A stretch of DNA of 62,155 nucleotides, counting the filler, from Pirum gemmata (Eukaryota): assembly GCA_002812295.1 (NCBI GenBank). It is 12 parts of 12 records of this genome, joined end to end, with 100 filler letters (N's around TTAATTAATTAA, not from the genome) between each part and the next. Parts side by side here need not be neighbours in the genome. Positions count along the whole stretch, not along the records: positions 36,107 to 41,146 come from PDIN01000710.1; positions 41,247 to 46,315 come from PDIN01000711.1; positions 46,416 to 51,465 come from PDIN01000712.1; 9 more parts are not named here. One strand, written 5' to 3'. This document shows positions 36,007-48,734 of this stretch, piece by piece. Position 1 is the first letter of the stretch; each line of letters opens with the position of its first letter. The translations under genes and the position numbers were made by a program. Below the pieces are notes generated by a model, which worked only from the letters and a program-made list of their open reading frames with translations, had not been told where the DNA came from and searched no databases.

Positions 36007-38352
36007 NNNNNNNNNNNNNNNNNNNNNNNNNNNNNNNNNNNNNNNNNNNNTTAATTAATTAANNNNNNNNNNNNNNNNNNNNNNNNNNNNNNNNNNNNNN
36101 NNNNNNTGAGAACGATGTGCGAAAACTACATAAATAAAAAAAAATAGTACGATATCAGTATGATATCTGATAAAAATAATATTATAATAGTATTATTATA
36201 ATGATAAAAGAAATTTTTTTTTAAAAAAACAAATAAAAATTCCTCTAAAAAATTCCTTACAAAAAAAAACTCAAAAAAAAACTAAAAAATAAGACTTAGA
36301 TAAGTCTTAGATAGTACTTAGATAAACTTTAGATAAGTAAAAAATACCAAAAAATATCACAGCCAGGCCAATGTACGAAAATATAGAAAAATTTACAAAT
36401 ATGATTCTATCACTATTCTATCACTATTCTATCACTATTCTATCACTATTCTATCTATATCTATACACCGGTTTTATTATAATAGACAGGGGCTAGCTAG
36501 TAGCGGATTGCCCAGCCCCAGGTCTACTACTATACTAGCTAGCTATGATACATTGATACTAGCTAGCCAAACTATCTATTCTATTTATCTACTACTTTCC
36601 TTTCATTTTCAACCTAGCTAGCTAGAACAGATTGCTAGAACTGTAGCTAGCTAGCTTTTGCAAAGGTGCCATTTTTTACTTTTTTAAATTTTAATAGTTC
36701 CTTCAGGTTCTACTTACTATGTTAATTAAACCATGTCTCATGCAGATTTATCTTCTCATGCTATAAGCCTATAACTTTTATTTCAACCAAATCATTTTAT
36801 TAATAACTGATTTTGTTCTACGTATAACATTTACTACATTTTCAATCGGTTTCCTAGCTTTTGCAAAGGTATTAATTAAAATACCATTTTTTTACTTTTA
36901 ACTTTTTAATTCTGGTAGTTGTAACTTATCAATACAGTATGATAGTCTACTCTACACAGTCAGCCACCCCTCCCGTTAGTGAACATTCATAAAGGACGTC
37001 ACTTATTCTTGGATAAAAGTCATTACTCGAAACTGATTTTAGGCAGTAATTAATTATTAAAATGAACTTTAAAATTATGACCAAAAGTGTTTTGGACAAA
37101 GAGGCATAGGTAAGATTAGGTGACGTCCTTTATTATGGATGATTCCTNNNNNNNNNNNNNNNNNNNNNNNNNNNNNNNNNNNNNNNNNNNNNNNNNNNNN
37201 NNNNNNNNNNNNNNNNNNNNNNNNNNNNNNNNNNNNNNNNNNNNNNNNNNNNNNNNNNNNNNNNNNNNNNNNNNNNNNNNNNNNNNNNNNNNNNNNNNNN
37301 NNNNNNNNNNNNNNNNNNNNNTTTTTTTTTTTTTTTTTTTTTTTTTGAGTTTTTGAGTTTTTGAGTTTTCGAATTTTTGAGTTTTCAAGTTTTTAGTTTT
37401 AATACTCTAGCTTAGTAGCTATCAGACTGTAGTATCAGATTCAGATATAGCAGGATACCCCTCGCAGGATACCCACCACAGTTTAAAATTATTAACTATT
37501 AATATGATATTTATTTATAATGTTATAATAAGAAATACACCTGAGAACTACACGTAGTTCCGAGTTATTGTTGGAGTTTATCATCTTTAGAACATCTGAT
37601 TTATTTTTATATAATTATTTATATTTATTTACAATTCTGGTTCTCACAAGCCACAATAAACCTCCTCAGGTCCTCCTGGACATGATCAGTAAGTACATGA
37701 TCATGATTCGTGACATGATTTATATAAATAAAATTTTATAAAAAATATTTTTTATTTATATAGGCCAAGTTCCGATGTGGCAAAGCGGATAGGTAGGGGG
37801 AGTGTAGGGGGTTAAATTTTAAAAGCAGAAAAAATATAGAATAAATATAGTATAAATATCAACAATACTAGTCCAAGAGAATAAATATTATGATATTTTT
37901 TAAGCCTAATTTTAACGCTTGGTAATTTTACAATAATATTATAACGCACCATTATCCGATATAAATTATATATTATCATGGTATTATAATTTAATACCAA
38001 AGTCCTTGCTAATACTTGTAAACTGCTAATACGGTATACTAGCTAACGATGTGTTTAAGTTGAAAACTTGAAACTACCCCACGGCAGTCAAATAAAAAAA
38101 AAATACAGGTCTAGCTTGACTTTGCTGCTTGAGGTCTAGCTAGCTGCGTATTGAATCTATTGAATAGATAGTATTGATATGTACGCTTTGCTTTATATAA
38201 TATATCATATATCATATCATATATATCAGTACATAATTTTACACGCTTTTACGAAGAGTTCTAGACCTATCCTTACGTAGTTAAACGGTAGTTTCACTGC
38301 CACAAAAGTGGCCGTGATAGTAAGCTAGTTTTTTCAAAAATTTAGCTAGCTA

Positions 38353-38536
38353 GGGAGCGTTCAATAATTACGTAACGCCGATTTGGGACGAAAACCTACC
38401 CTACTACTCCCCGTCACGTTTGAGAAGGACTACCTACCCCTTATGACGTAACGATTTGGAAAAAATAGTACCCTAAATTACCTAAATGCTCAAATATATA
38501 TATACCCCCAGCGTTACGTAATTATTGAACGTTCCC
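38353..38536. mobile_element. PIF/Harbinger MITE family D, copy 3
   Basis: GGGAGCGTTCAATAATTACGTAACGC ... GCGTTACGTAATTATTGAACGTTCCC with a CTA direct duplication (38350-38352, 38537-38539); an internally deleted, inverted relative of 28127-28382. Confidence 0.88.
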
Positions 38537-38829
38537 CTATCATAGTCACCCAGGGGCCAGGACTCACCCTTTGGTAAAACTGTATGTGTGTGATCTATAG
38601 ATTATTACAAGGAGTTCAAGAAAATTTGAACTCCCTCAGTTTGAACTCCTTAGTCCATGGGAGGGTGTTCCTAATATTATCTTTAGCGCTGTAGTAGTCT
38701 GTTATATTATATAGTCATTGTTATGTTGGGGTTATTTACTGTCAGCAGTGTAGTACCTATTGTAGCGGTAGCTAGCTATCTGATATCATATCATGATAGT
38801 TAATAGATATAGTCTAGTATCGATATATC

Positions 38830-38982
38830 GATCGTGCTTTTCAATAGTGGTGTCCAGTTCAAAAACTGAAATAATCGTACATTTTGGTATTTTATACTTA
38901 ATGTTATATTTTATAAATAAGTTCAATTATACACTTAAACAGTACCACATTAAATATCGAGAGGGCAACTGCAATGAAATAG
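38830..38982. mobile_element. Dispersed repeat family B; shares the ATCGTGCTTTTCA terminus with family A
   Basis: atcgtgcttttcaatagtg.tgtccagttcaaaaactgaaataa...gttcaattatacacttaaacagtacca...gcaatgaaatag. Related copies near 11913-12015, 13450-13595(-), 21409-21530(-), 29150-29285(-), 42141-42308(-). Confidence 0.7.
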
Positions 38983-40736
38983 ACGCTTACTATATCTCTA
39001 TACCTACCAGTATCAGATACTTGCTGCCCAGACTCCAGAGTGCCAAAAACCAGCTCAAAGACCCTAGCTATCTAGCTAGCTAGCTAGCTAGTAGACCACT
39101 CCTACTATTATGTTTTTTTTTTTTTCCTGGGGGTCTGTCCTTGCATAGTCTTTGCAATGCAGCGCTTTGCATGCCCTGCGGCCCCTGCTGTCTCCTTTTT
39201 CAAAGACTCCATCAGTCTCCATGTTCTAGATGGAGTCTTTGAACTAGTCTTTGCCTTTTTCTTCAGAAATAATAAAAAAATGCATGGCGTCATCATCCAA
39301 AATTATTGGGCATCCGACGTCAATGTTACGTCACTTAAGTGCCTTGGGTTATTAATATTACTGTATCATAGGGATTCATAGCTATTATAGATACAGCTAC
39401 CGGTTATTACCATTTTAAGATATTTCCTTAGCAACGAGAAATCGCATAATTAACTTTTCATTCTTTTTATTACAGATTTAGACTAGATTTAGCTATATTT
39501 AGAAACTAAATTTTAAAAAATAAAATATATGTGACTTTATTTAGTATATCATGTATCTATATTTGAAAATAGAATTTTATTAAGTAACAATATTGCTATT
39601 TTGGTTTTTTGGTTTTTTGAAAAAAATTGAAATTGGTTTTTTAGATTTTTTGGCAACATTTTATATGAGCTGAGCTGAGCTCAAAAATCCAAAAAATCTC
39701 AAAATGATCCAATTTTAATGAAAGTGCTACCAAAGTTTGAGAAATATTTTAACTAAGAAAACTCTATTATGAACCAATAGCTAGTTTTAAAAATAATTTG
39801 GCTAGTTAGCATTAAGGGTTTTTAGAAAAGAAGTCTAAAAATTTTTATTTCTACCGTGGTGTAGTTTTATTGGCTTTTAATTAAATTTGTAAACTAGTCT
39901 ATCGATACTAATTCTATCGATAGCTCTTTGATTTTTGCAAGGAGTTCAAAATTTTGAACTCCTCGGTTTTTGAAATAAAGTTTACAATAATTTGAGTTTA
40001 CAAATTTAGTTGGGTAAGTAACATCGTAAAATAGTGTGGTAACCCTAGTCCGGTAACCTTTTTACTGTAAGTTCTAAAGTAAGTTAAAGGACGTCTTTGG
40101 TCTCATTGGTTATGTATACAAATCAATCAAAATCATAATAATTTATAAATTCATTCGTGTCCACAAAAAAAAAATAGGGTTATTAATATTGAGGTTAGGA
40201 TTAGGGTTAGGATTTTTATTAACTTTATGCTTATTTAGCTTATATATATATAGGTTTAGGTTCAAGTTTAGCTTTAGGTGTAAGGGTAAGGGTTACTTTA
40301 GAAAGGGTTAGGGTCCTGGTCGTTAGCGTTTGAGTTCAAATAAATGTTATTAATACGTTTTAAAAGAACCCACATGTATGTTGGTTTTATTGGAACATCA
40401 GCATAGCGAATGAGTTATGTTGTAGCTGTAGATAAATATTAATAAAAACACAATAAAAAAAGTATAAAAAACATGGTTATTCTTCCCCTACGCATACAAT
40501 GGAGAGTTGGAGAAAGAAAAAAGAAAAGAAAAGGAAAAAAAAAGTGTAAAACATATAATATTATATACAAGGACTTTTTTTTTACAAGGACTTTTTTTTT
40601 GAAGTCCTTGTTGAATTTTTTATCATAGTCTATTATGATAATAAAAAAAAAAAAAATCAATTTGAAAGAATAAAAGAAGTATTTACAGACTAAAATATAA
40701 TAGTATAAATATTAGTAGATTTTTTTTTATTTTTTT

Positions 40737-40789
<53 letters not shown>

Positions 40790-43700
40790 TTTATCCTTAT
40801 TATCAGAATAATAATATAATAAGGATTATTAGTTAATAACAATAATCAATTAGTAAATAATTGATATTTTAGTTGTAAAATATGATAATTAAAATTTAAT
40901 AAAAAGAGCACTGCAAAATTAAAAAATAAAAATTACATTTTATATAAAGAATTGTAAAATAAATGAAAGAATAAATAATAAGAAAAATATTCTCAGAACA
41001 TATAAGTGCATATAGAAAATATTGTATAGATAGTAATATTAATGTTTCCGTTTGTATTATCATGGAATTGGGCATTCCTGTTGTACTCTACATTGGCTAC
41101 TTTATCCAATGTTTTTGGTAAACTGGAGACAATTCAGGTATTATTANNNNNNNNNNNNNNNNNNNNNNNNNNNNNNNNNNNNNNNNNNNNTTAATTAATT
41201 AANNNNNNNNNNNNNNNNNNNNNNNNNNNNNNNNNNNNNNNNNNNNTTCTCTATAGACCGGGGGGCGACTGGAGTGACAATCACTGGACAGACATCTCAG
41301 GTCTGGCCACAATCCACATGATCGTAAAAAAAAATCAATAAAATCTGAGTTCATATAAAAAGGACTTTTTTTGAAGTCCATGATTTAGTGAGTGATACAA
41401 AAATTTATTAACTACGCTATGATAAAATCACAGATTTATAGATATATCACACTACTGATAATGCTGATGGCATCATCACTTCGTTATTCATCTTATTATT
41501 TTATATAAACAATGGTGCCATATGCATGGTATATGTTATTATAAATGTGATTTATAAATAAATAAACAAATATTATTACAAGTCGTATGTTATTTGCTTA
41601 CGGTTACTTGGTATGATCATCATTCAAATTTTATTATTTATTTAACTTCATTATTAACCAACTTGGAATCGTTTGAAAGATTTGCCTGCTTTGTGATATG
41701 GGTACCGATATGGGCCGAACTTTTCTTCGTCTTTCATAATGAAAATCAATCTAGTATGATTAAAATTGTATTACTTCAATGTTTCAAAGAATCAAAGGCA
41801 ATACGCTGAGTGACAATATTGTGGCAATACGTATCGATATTATAAAAGTATCATCATAATATATTATATATAAAGATATCAGAATACTGAATGTAGAAAT
41901 CACGTCAGACGCAGCACTCACGCAACATATTTTTTAGTTTTGTTTTCCTCTCTAATATTTTTTAAAAAGTTTATAGAACTGTTTATAGCTACTAGACTAG
42001 GCCTTACTAGCTACTAGCTAGCTTTTGTGAAGTCTATCTCTACGCCTCTACGCCTAGCTAGCTAGCTAGGCCTCTACGCAGTCTATCCCCGGGTAGACTA
42101 CTACTAGCTAGCTATAGCTATCTGATAGTAGTTATCATATTCTATTTCATTACAATTGTCCTCTCAATATTTAATTTGGTATTGTTTAAGTGTATAATTG
42201 AACTGGTTTATAAAACACAAAATTAATTAAAAAATTTCCGATAGTTTAACCATAATAATAATTTGGTACGTTTATTTCAGTTTTTAAACTGGACAACACT
42301 ATTGAAACAGCCTAGCTAGACCCAACCTAGTCTACTACTAGGATTGTTTTCGTAGTGTTTTCGTTTGCTGGAGACCGGAGTTTGTATTTTTTTTTTTTTT
42401 AAAAAATTATTTAAAAAAAAAATTAATTAATTATTTCTCTAGTTATTTCTTTTTTCTTTTCTTTTTTCATTCAGGATCATCTATTGGGCAAAGGATGTTT
42501 CGAAGCAGCTGACATTGCTGCAAAGGTATCGTTAGCAATTTGTTGCAGCTGCTCCAATTCAATACCCCAGTCTAAAAATAAATTATTTTTTTATGATAGA
42601 CTAAGACTACATAGACGATAAAAGTGTAGTTTTTGGACTTCTTTTTTAAAAATCTTTAATTATAATTAGCCAACTTATTTTTAAAATTTGACCATTGGCT
42701 CCTAATAGAGTTTTCTTAGTCAAACGGTTTCTAACATTTTGGTAGTACTTTAATTGAAATTGGTGCATTTTGTGATTTTGGATTTTGAAATTTTTATCCG
42801 GCTTGACTGTTCAAAAAAAAAAAACTAGAAATAATGACGCAGTTTTTGTAAAATATGACGTTAGTCTGGGTATAGTCTACTATATATGGATAGGTTATTA
42901 CTAAAAAGACCCAGCTAGCTACTAGCTAGCTATCGGATAGCTTATTATCGATATATATATCATATATAGGTTGCTGATAACCCACCCATTATTTTTTTTA
43001 AAAAAAATAATAGTCTATTTTTTAAGCTGCGGATAAAAATGGCGACATCCACCAAATGAGTCCAAAAATCCCAAAAATCTCAAAAATCTCAAAATGATCC
43101 AATTTTAATAAAGTAATACCAAATTTTAAGAGATTGTCTGACTAAGAAAACTCTATTATGAACCAATGCCTATTTTTTAAAAATAATTTGGCTATCGATA
43201 GTTAGAATGTATATTAACTGCGTAGACGTATCTATCGACTGTCCAAGAGCTGTTCTACAAGGAAAGGAGTTCAAAAAAACCCCCTTCATCAATAAGAAAT
43301 ATATTATGTTTTTTAAATTATAAAATAATTAATAATTTTAAAAATAATTATGATTATAATTTTTCTATAATGCTGTTTTATAATACATACTTATTATTGT
43401 GAATTATTATATTATTATAATGATAGCTAATAACATTTTTTAATTTATAAAGACCCTAAATTGGTGTGTCCCTATCCCCTACAAGATAATATCATATTAA
43501 ATCATAATAATATCATACCATACATATCACACTAGTAGCTAGTAGTATGATCATAGCTAGAGCTAGTAGTAGGTATCGTAGCTAGTTAGTATTGATAGTA
43601 GCTATCATAATATTATGATATTATCATACGATAGAGCTATCCGATAGAATCAGATAGCTAGCTAGTCTAGCTAGACTCTAGCTAGCTAGAGTAGCTAGCG

Positions 43701-43993
43701 CATCATATATCAATATGATAGCTATGATAGCTAGTCTACTACTAGTAGCTCTAGCTAGACTCAGAGTAGCCACACTATCATAGCTACTAGCTAGCTAGAG
43801 CTGGCTGGCTGGCTAGCTAGCTAGCTAGTGACTAAGCAGCTTGAATAAGAAAGTGTCTACTCTACGTTACAGAAAAATAAGTGAAAAATACAGAAAAATA
43901 TAGCGTAGACTGGGTGGGGTCTTAGCTACGTAATAATGTCTGTCATATTATCATATCATAGCTATCCCAGGATAGAAGGAAAGACTCCGAAAA

Positions 43994-44062
<69 letters not shown>

Positions 44063-44187
44063 TGAGAAAAAAACTAATGTATAAAAAAAAAGTGCTATTT
44101 AAGTTTTTTTTTATTCTTAATGTATAGTAAAATTAATAAAAATTAAATAATAATAATAGTAATAATAACAATAACAATAACAGTAAC

Positions 44188-44227
<40 letters not shown>

Positions 44228-44396
44228 GTGATAAATTACTCTGATTATTTAAATTATCTTTTTAAATTTTTTTGTTGATTTTATTGATTTTATTGATTTT
44301 ATTGATTTTATTAATTTTATTAATTTTATTAATTTTATTAATTTGTTTCCTCATAAAAAAGCTCATTTATAATATATTTTCATATAATCCCCAAAA

Positions 44397-45449
44397 ATGC
44401 CACCTCAAGCCGATACAACTGTATATTACCAAACTCAAACTCCAGGCTTATTAGATTTATGTAATAATGTACAAAATGCAGACGAAAGGCAAACTCAATA
44501 CATGGACTTACATAGCAAAGAAGAAGAAGAGAGAAAATCTTCCTACGAAAATATAGTGAATAGCTATTATGACATGTGCACTGATTTTTACGAGTATGGT
44601 TGGGGTCAGAGTTTCCATTTTGCACCACAGGCAAAATCAGAAACATTTGAGCAAGCTTTGATGAGACACGAGCATATACTTGCTAGTAAATTAAATATGC
44701 AAAGTGGGGAAGATAAGAAATACTTAGATGTAGGGTGTGGTGTAGGTGGACCTCTTCGTGCAGTGTCTAGATTTTCTGGAGCCAATGTTGTTGGGTTAAA
44801 CAACAATGAATATCAAGTCAGCAGAGCTCGCCATCACACTAAATTACAAGGTTTGGAAAAAACGTGTTCGTTTGTGAAAGGTGATTTTCATCATATGCCT
44901 TTTCCTGATAATAGTTTTGATGGGGTTTACGCAGTTGAAGCTACTTGTCATGCTAAAGTTTTAACTGAAGTTTATTCTGAAGTATTCCGTGTTTTGAAAC
45001 CTGGTGCCAAATTTGTTTTTTACGAATGGGCTATGACTGACAAATATGATGACAAAAATGAACAGCACCGGAAAATTAAAAAAGATATTGAAATAGGCAA
45101 CGGTATACCAATAATGCAACCTGTCTCCCATGTTTTAGAATCGGTAAAAAAATCAGGATTTATATTGGAGGAATGTTTTGATGCTGTGGATAACAACGAA
45201 AGTGTGATGCAGCCATGGTATAGCACTTTGCAAGGTGGTATATCTTTAACTCAATTTAGACATACTACCATGGGTAGAAAAATGACACATGCTTTTGTTA
45301 CGGTGGGGGAAAAAATGGGCTTGATTCCAAAAGGAACAACTGATGTACATACTATTTTGCTAACTGCTGCTGATTCTCTCATAGCAGGCGGCGTACAAGA
45401 AATATTTACACCAATGTTAAGAATCACTTGTACGAAACCACTTGAGTAA
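44397..45449 (+). CDS. SMT1: Sterol C24-methyltransferase (SMT1/ERG6-like), 350 aa, intronless
   Basis: SMT region I YYD..TDFYEYGWGQSFHFAP; SAM motif LDVGCGVGGP; GLNNNEYQ; YAVEATCHA; YSEVFRVLKPG; YEW; IEIGNGIP; C-terminal GG..EIFTPM. Confidence 0.95.
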   Translation: MPPQADTTVYYQTQTPGLLDLCNNVQNADERQTQYMDLHSKEEEERKSSYENIVNSYYDMCTDFYEYGWGQSFHFAPQAKSETFEQALMRHEHILASKLNMQSGEDKKYLDVGCGVGGPLRAVSRFSGANVVGLNNNEYQVSRARHHTKLQGLEKTCSFVKGDFHHMPFPDNSFDGVYAVEATCHAKVLTEVYSEVFRVLKPGAKFVFYEWAMTDKYDDKNEQHRKIKKDIEIGNGIPIMQPVSHVLESVKKSGFILEECFDAVDNNESVMQPWYSTLQGGISLTQFRHTTMGRKMTHAFVTVGEKMGLIPKGTTDVHTILLTAADSLIAGGVQEIFTPMLRITCTKPLE

Positions 45450-45642
45450 GTACCTTAAAACAAGTGTAAAACAGTGTATTTTATACCAATAAAAAATAAA
45501 AATATATTTATTACTTGCCTCGTCTTAATATAACACAGCAAACATTCTTAATGTGTTTGCAATGAAAATGAAAAACAATATTAATTCAACGTATATATAA
45601 GACTTCCCTATTCTGAAAAAAAAAAATAAAAGAAAAAAGTCA

Positions 45643-45850
45643 AGTTTATTACTTGCGAAAATTAGCTTTTAATGCTGTTGGTTAATGATGGCGACGAAGG
45701 TGTAGTGAGAGATGTTTCCACTGAAAAATTGAACAATGCTACTTACCGTCTAAGAGACCATTTCTTATGGGTATCTCACACATGGAGTCATATGGATCTG
45801 TATCGTGTGGAAAGTTACTGTACTACCCCCAATGTATTTTCACCATTGGC
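45643..45850 (+). pseudogene. Fragment of an Agd3/NDST-type polysaccharide N-deacetylase (frameshifted)
   Basis: LAFNAVG (45662-45682), then in another frame ...KLNNATYRLRDHFLWVSHTWSHMDLY. This resembles the AFNG.G ... F.W.SHT.SH..L metal-binding segment of Agd3-like (CE18) deacetylases and the FWWFPHMWSHM segment of NDSTs. Confidence 0.5.
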
Positions 45851-48734
45851 TTGCTTCGACTGGTATATCGGTTTAGAAACTAGTATTTATGCTTATACAC
45901 AGTGAAATTAGTGTTTGCTCTAGGTTAGTTCTAAGCTTGATTTTGATTTTTGAAGTATCGATACTGAAGTTCAATAAATTGTACATATCGTATGAAAATC
46001 AAAATAGGTTCAATATTTTTGAAATCCCGATAGAGGTCCAACTATGTTCTTTCACTTCTTTCAGCTCTTCTTTCTATCAAAACAAAACTAGCAACACATT
46101 TTTCACTGCATAAAACAAAAAATAAATAATAAAATAAATAATAAAAACAAAATTCTGTGCAACAATGTAATTAATTAATATTTAGGCCACTATCGCCTCT
46201 TTTGATATTTGGCTTGATGTATTTTAACTATAGGGAAAAACTAATTAGTAAAAAAAAAAAAAAATCAGAATAACATCGACACTGTCGATATTATTCTCCA
46301 AAGCTCGAAAAAAATNNNNNNNNNNNNNNNNNNNNNNNNNNNNNNNNNNNNNNNNNNNNTTAATTAATTAANNNNNNNNNNNNNNNNNNNNNNNNNNNNN
46401 NNNNNNNNNNNNNNNATAATAATAATAATAATAACCGTAGAGTAGTCAGCTGAGGACTAATCAGACTAGTCTTAGCTACATAATTAATAATATTATATAG
46501 CCATACTATATAGCTAGCTAGCTATATAGCCTAACTCTAACCCTATACATAAATATATATAGTAAATAATATATAGATAGTTTTTTCTGTAGTATTTTAC
46601 AAATGGTATATATTAAAATAACGAACAGCAACAGTTACACACGTTTACTACAGTTCTAGCTAGCTACTAGGCTACTGGTGCCCTACAGCTTACCTTACAG
46701 TCGATTTAGACTAATAAGACTAAAATTTTATTATAACAAACTTGTAAAAATAATAGAGTCTAGCAACTCTAGCTAGCTCTAGCTAGAGAGGAGTCATGGA
46801 TGCACCACTTACAGCCCACTTTTCATCCCTTATAAGTTATAATTATAGCTGATTTAGTCTTTTTGACTAATAAACATAGTCTGTATAATATATATTTGCT
46901 ACTAAAGGCCATTTCAACCTATCAGGCCCTTCTACCTTAAAAAGTCGACTAAGCTTGCTACTTAGCTTAGTAATGATCTGATGATTTATTGATGCCATTT
47001 GACAAATGAAAATCTCAATAACTTTGAAAAGTGTTTTTTGAATAACTAATATGGGCATGATATGAGTACCAAATAGATCTTTCAGTGAGTTGAGAGGACT
47101 CCTATAGAGGTGAGTTACCAACTTCCCATAGTCAGTTCTAACTAAATGTTTATCCTTCCTAACCCTAACCCTAACCCTAACCCTAACCCTAACCCTAACC
47201 CTAACCCTAATAAATAATTATGTAAATAAACGTATACCAGGTATGATTACCCTTGGGGAAGTTGCTAGGGGGAAGTCGGGGAAGTAAAAAATACTACGAT
47301 AGTTAGTACCATATACGGTACTATATAGTCCATAATATACTATATGATTTTTTTTTTTTTTTTAAAAAAAGAAAAACAGTCAAGCTGGATAAAATTGTAG
47401 AGATCATTTTTTTTTAGACTTCTTTTCTAAAAACTTTAATTTTAATTAGCTAAATTATGTTTAAAAACTAGCTATTGGTACATAATAGAATTTTTTGAGT
47501 TAAAAAACTTCTTACATGTTGGTAGTACTAAAAAAAAAATTGGACCATTTTGATATTTTTGGATTTTGAGTTCATTTTTATCCCTAGATTTTTATCCGGC
47601 TTGGTATACTATTATTATTACAAGTCATTACTAATTTACACTGTGAGTGATTCTGCCAGTGAAGTTAAAGTTGCTTTTTTAAAATTAATATATTATATAC
47701 ATCATAACATTAATGTATACCATATACTGGATGTATATACGTTCATAAATCATTATAATAAAAGTATCATAATATCATATTAAAACATAGACTAGTCTGT
47801 CGGAGAACGAACTCTCATACCTCCATTCCCATTGTTACTATATATGAAGATGATTATTAAGACAACTATATAGTACATGATTTAATCCTAATACTTATAT
47901 TAATTACCATCTTCATTGTGGCAACAGAAATGGACATAATACTACGAGCGTTTAGAGAAAGTCTAGGGAACCGGTCATATATAGACTAAACTGGGGGAGG
48001 AGAGGTTCTGGGTGGGCTTAAGGCTTGTGCTTGTGCTTAGGGCTTAGCGCTTAGGGCTTGGGATTTTGGGTTTGGATTTGGGTTCTATTCTTCGATATCA
48101 TAATATAATATTACCCTTTAGACTAAACGACCCACAAAATTGAGTGTTTGGTTAGAGTCTACCGGGTATAGCTAGAGTTAGCCAAATCATAACTAAGGCA
48201 TCTAATACCGAAGGCAACAGCAACAACAACAACAACAACGACAGAAACAACACCAACATCAACATCAACATCCACATCCACATCCACACCGACGTCGAAC
48301 AACATCAACATCAACACCAAACACCAAACACCAAACACCAAACACCAAACGCCAAACACTATCACCATCACTATCACCAAATTTAAACAACAAACAACAA
48401 CACCAATACCAACACCAACACCAACACCAGCACCAACACCAACATCAACATCAACATTAATACTAACACTAACACCAACATAACACCAATACCCACATCA
48501 ACGTCGATATGATCGATAATTATAATGAAACACCAACAAAACCAAAAAACCAAAAAAAAAAAAGATTTACAAAAAAGGCAATAAAATTATGCTATTTTTT
48601 TTTTTGCTCAAAATTCAAAAAATCACCAAATAATCCAACTAATGAAAGTACTACCAAATGGGGAGAAATTTTCTAACTAAGAAAACTTTATCATGAACAA
48701 ATGGCTATTTTTTAAAAAAATTAGAAAGTTTACT

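Noticed and set aside
42474..42572. Isolated exon-like patch (minus: WGIELEQLQQIANDTFAAMSAASKHPLPNR*; plus: DHLLGKGCFEAADIAAK)
   Set aside because: Plausible splice signals on both strands, too short to assign, and no partner exons found.
46867..47121. Short ORFs of unknown nature (also 17252-17557, 20132-20323, 20640-20750, 10600-10700)
   Set aside because: No recognisable motif or gene structure; they cannot be supported without a database search.
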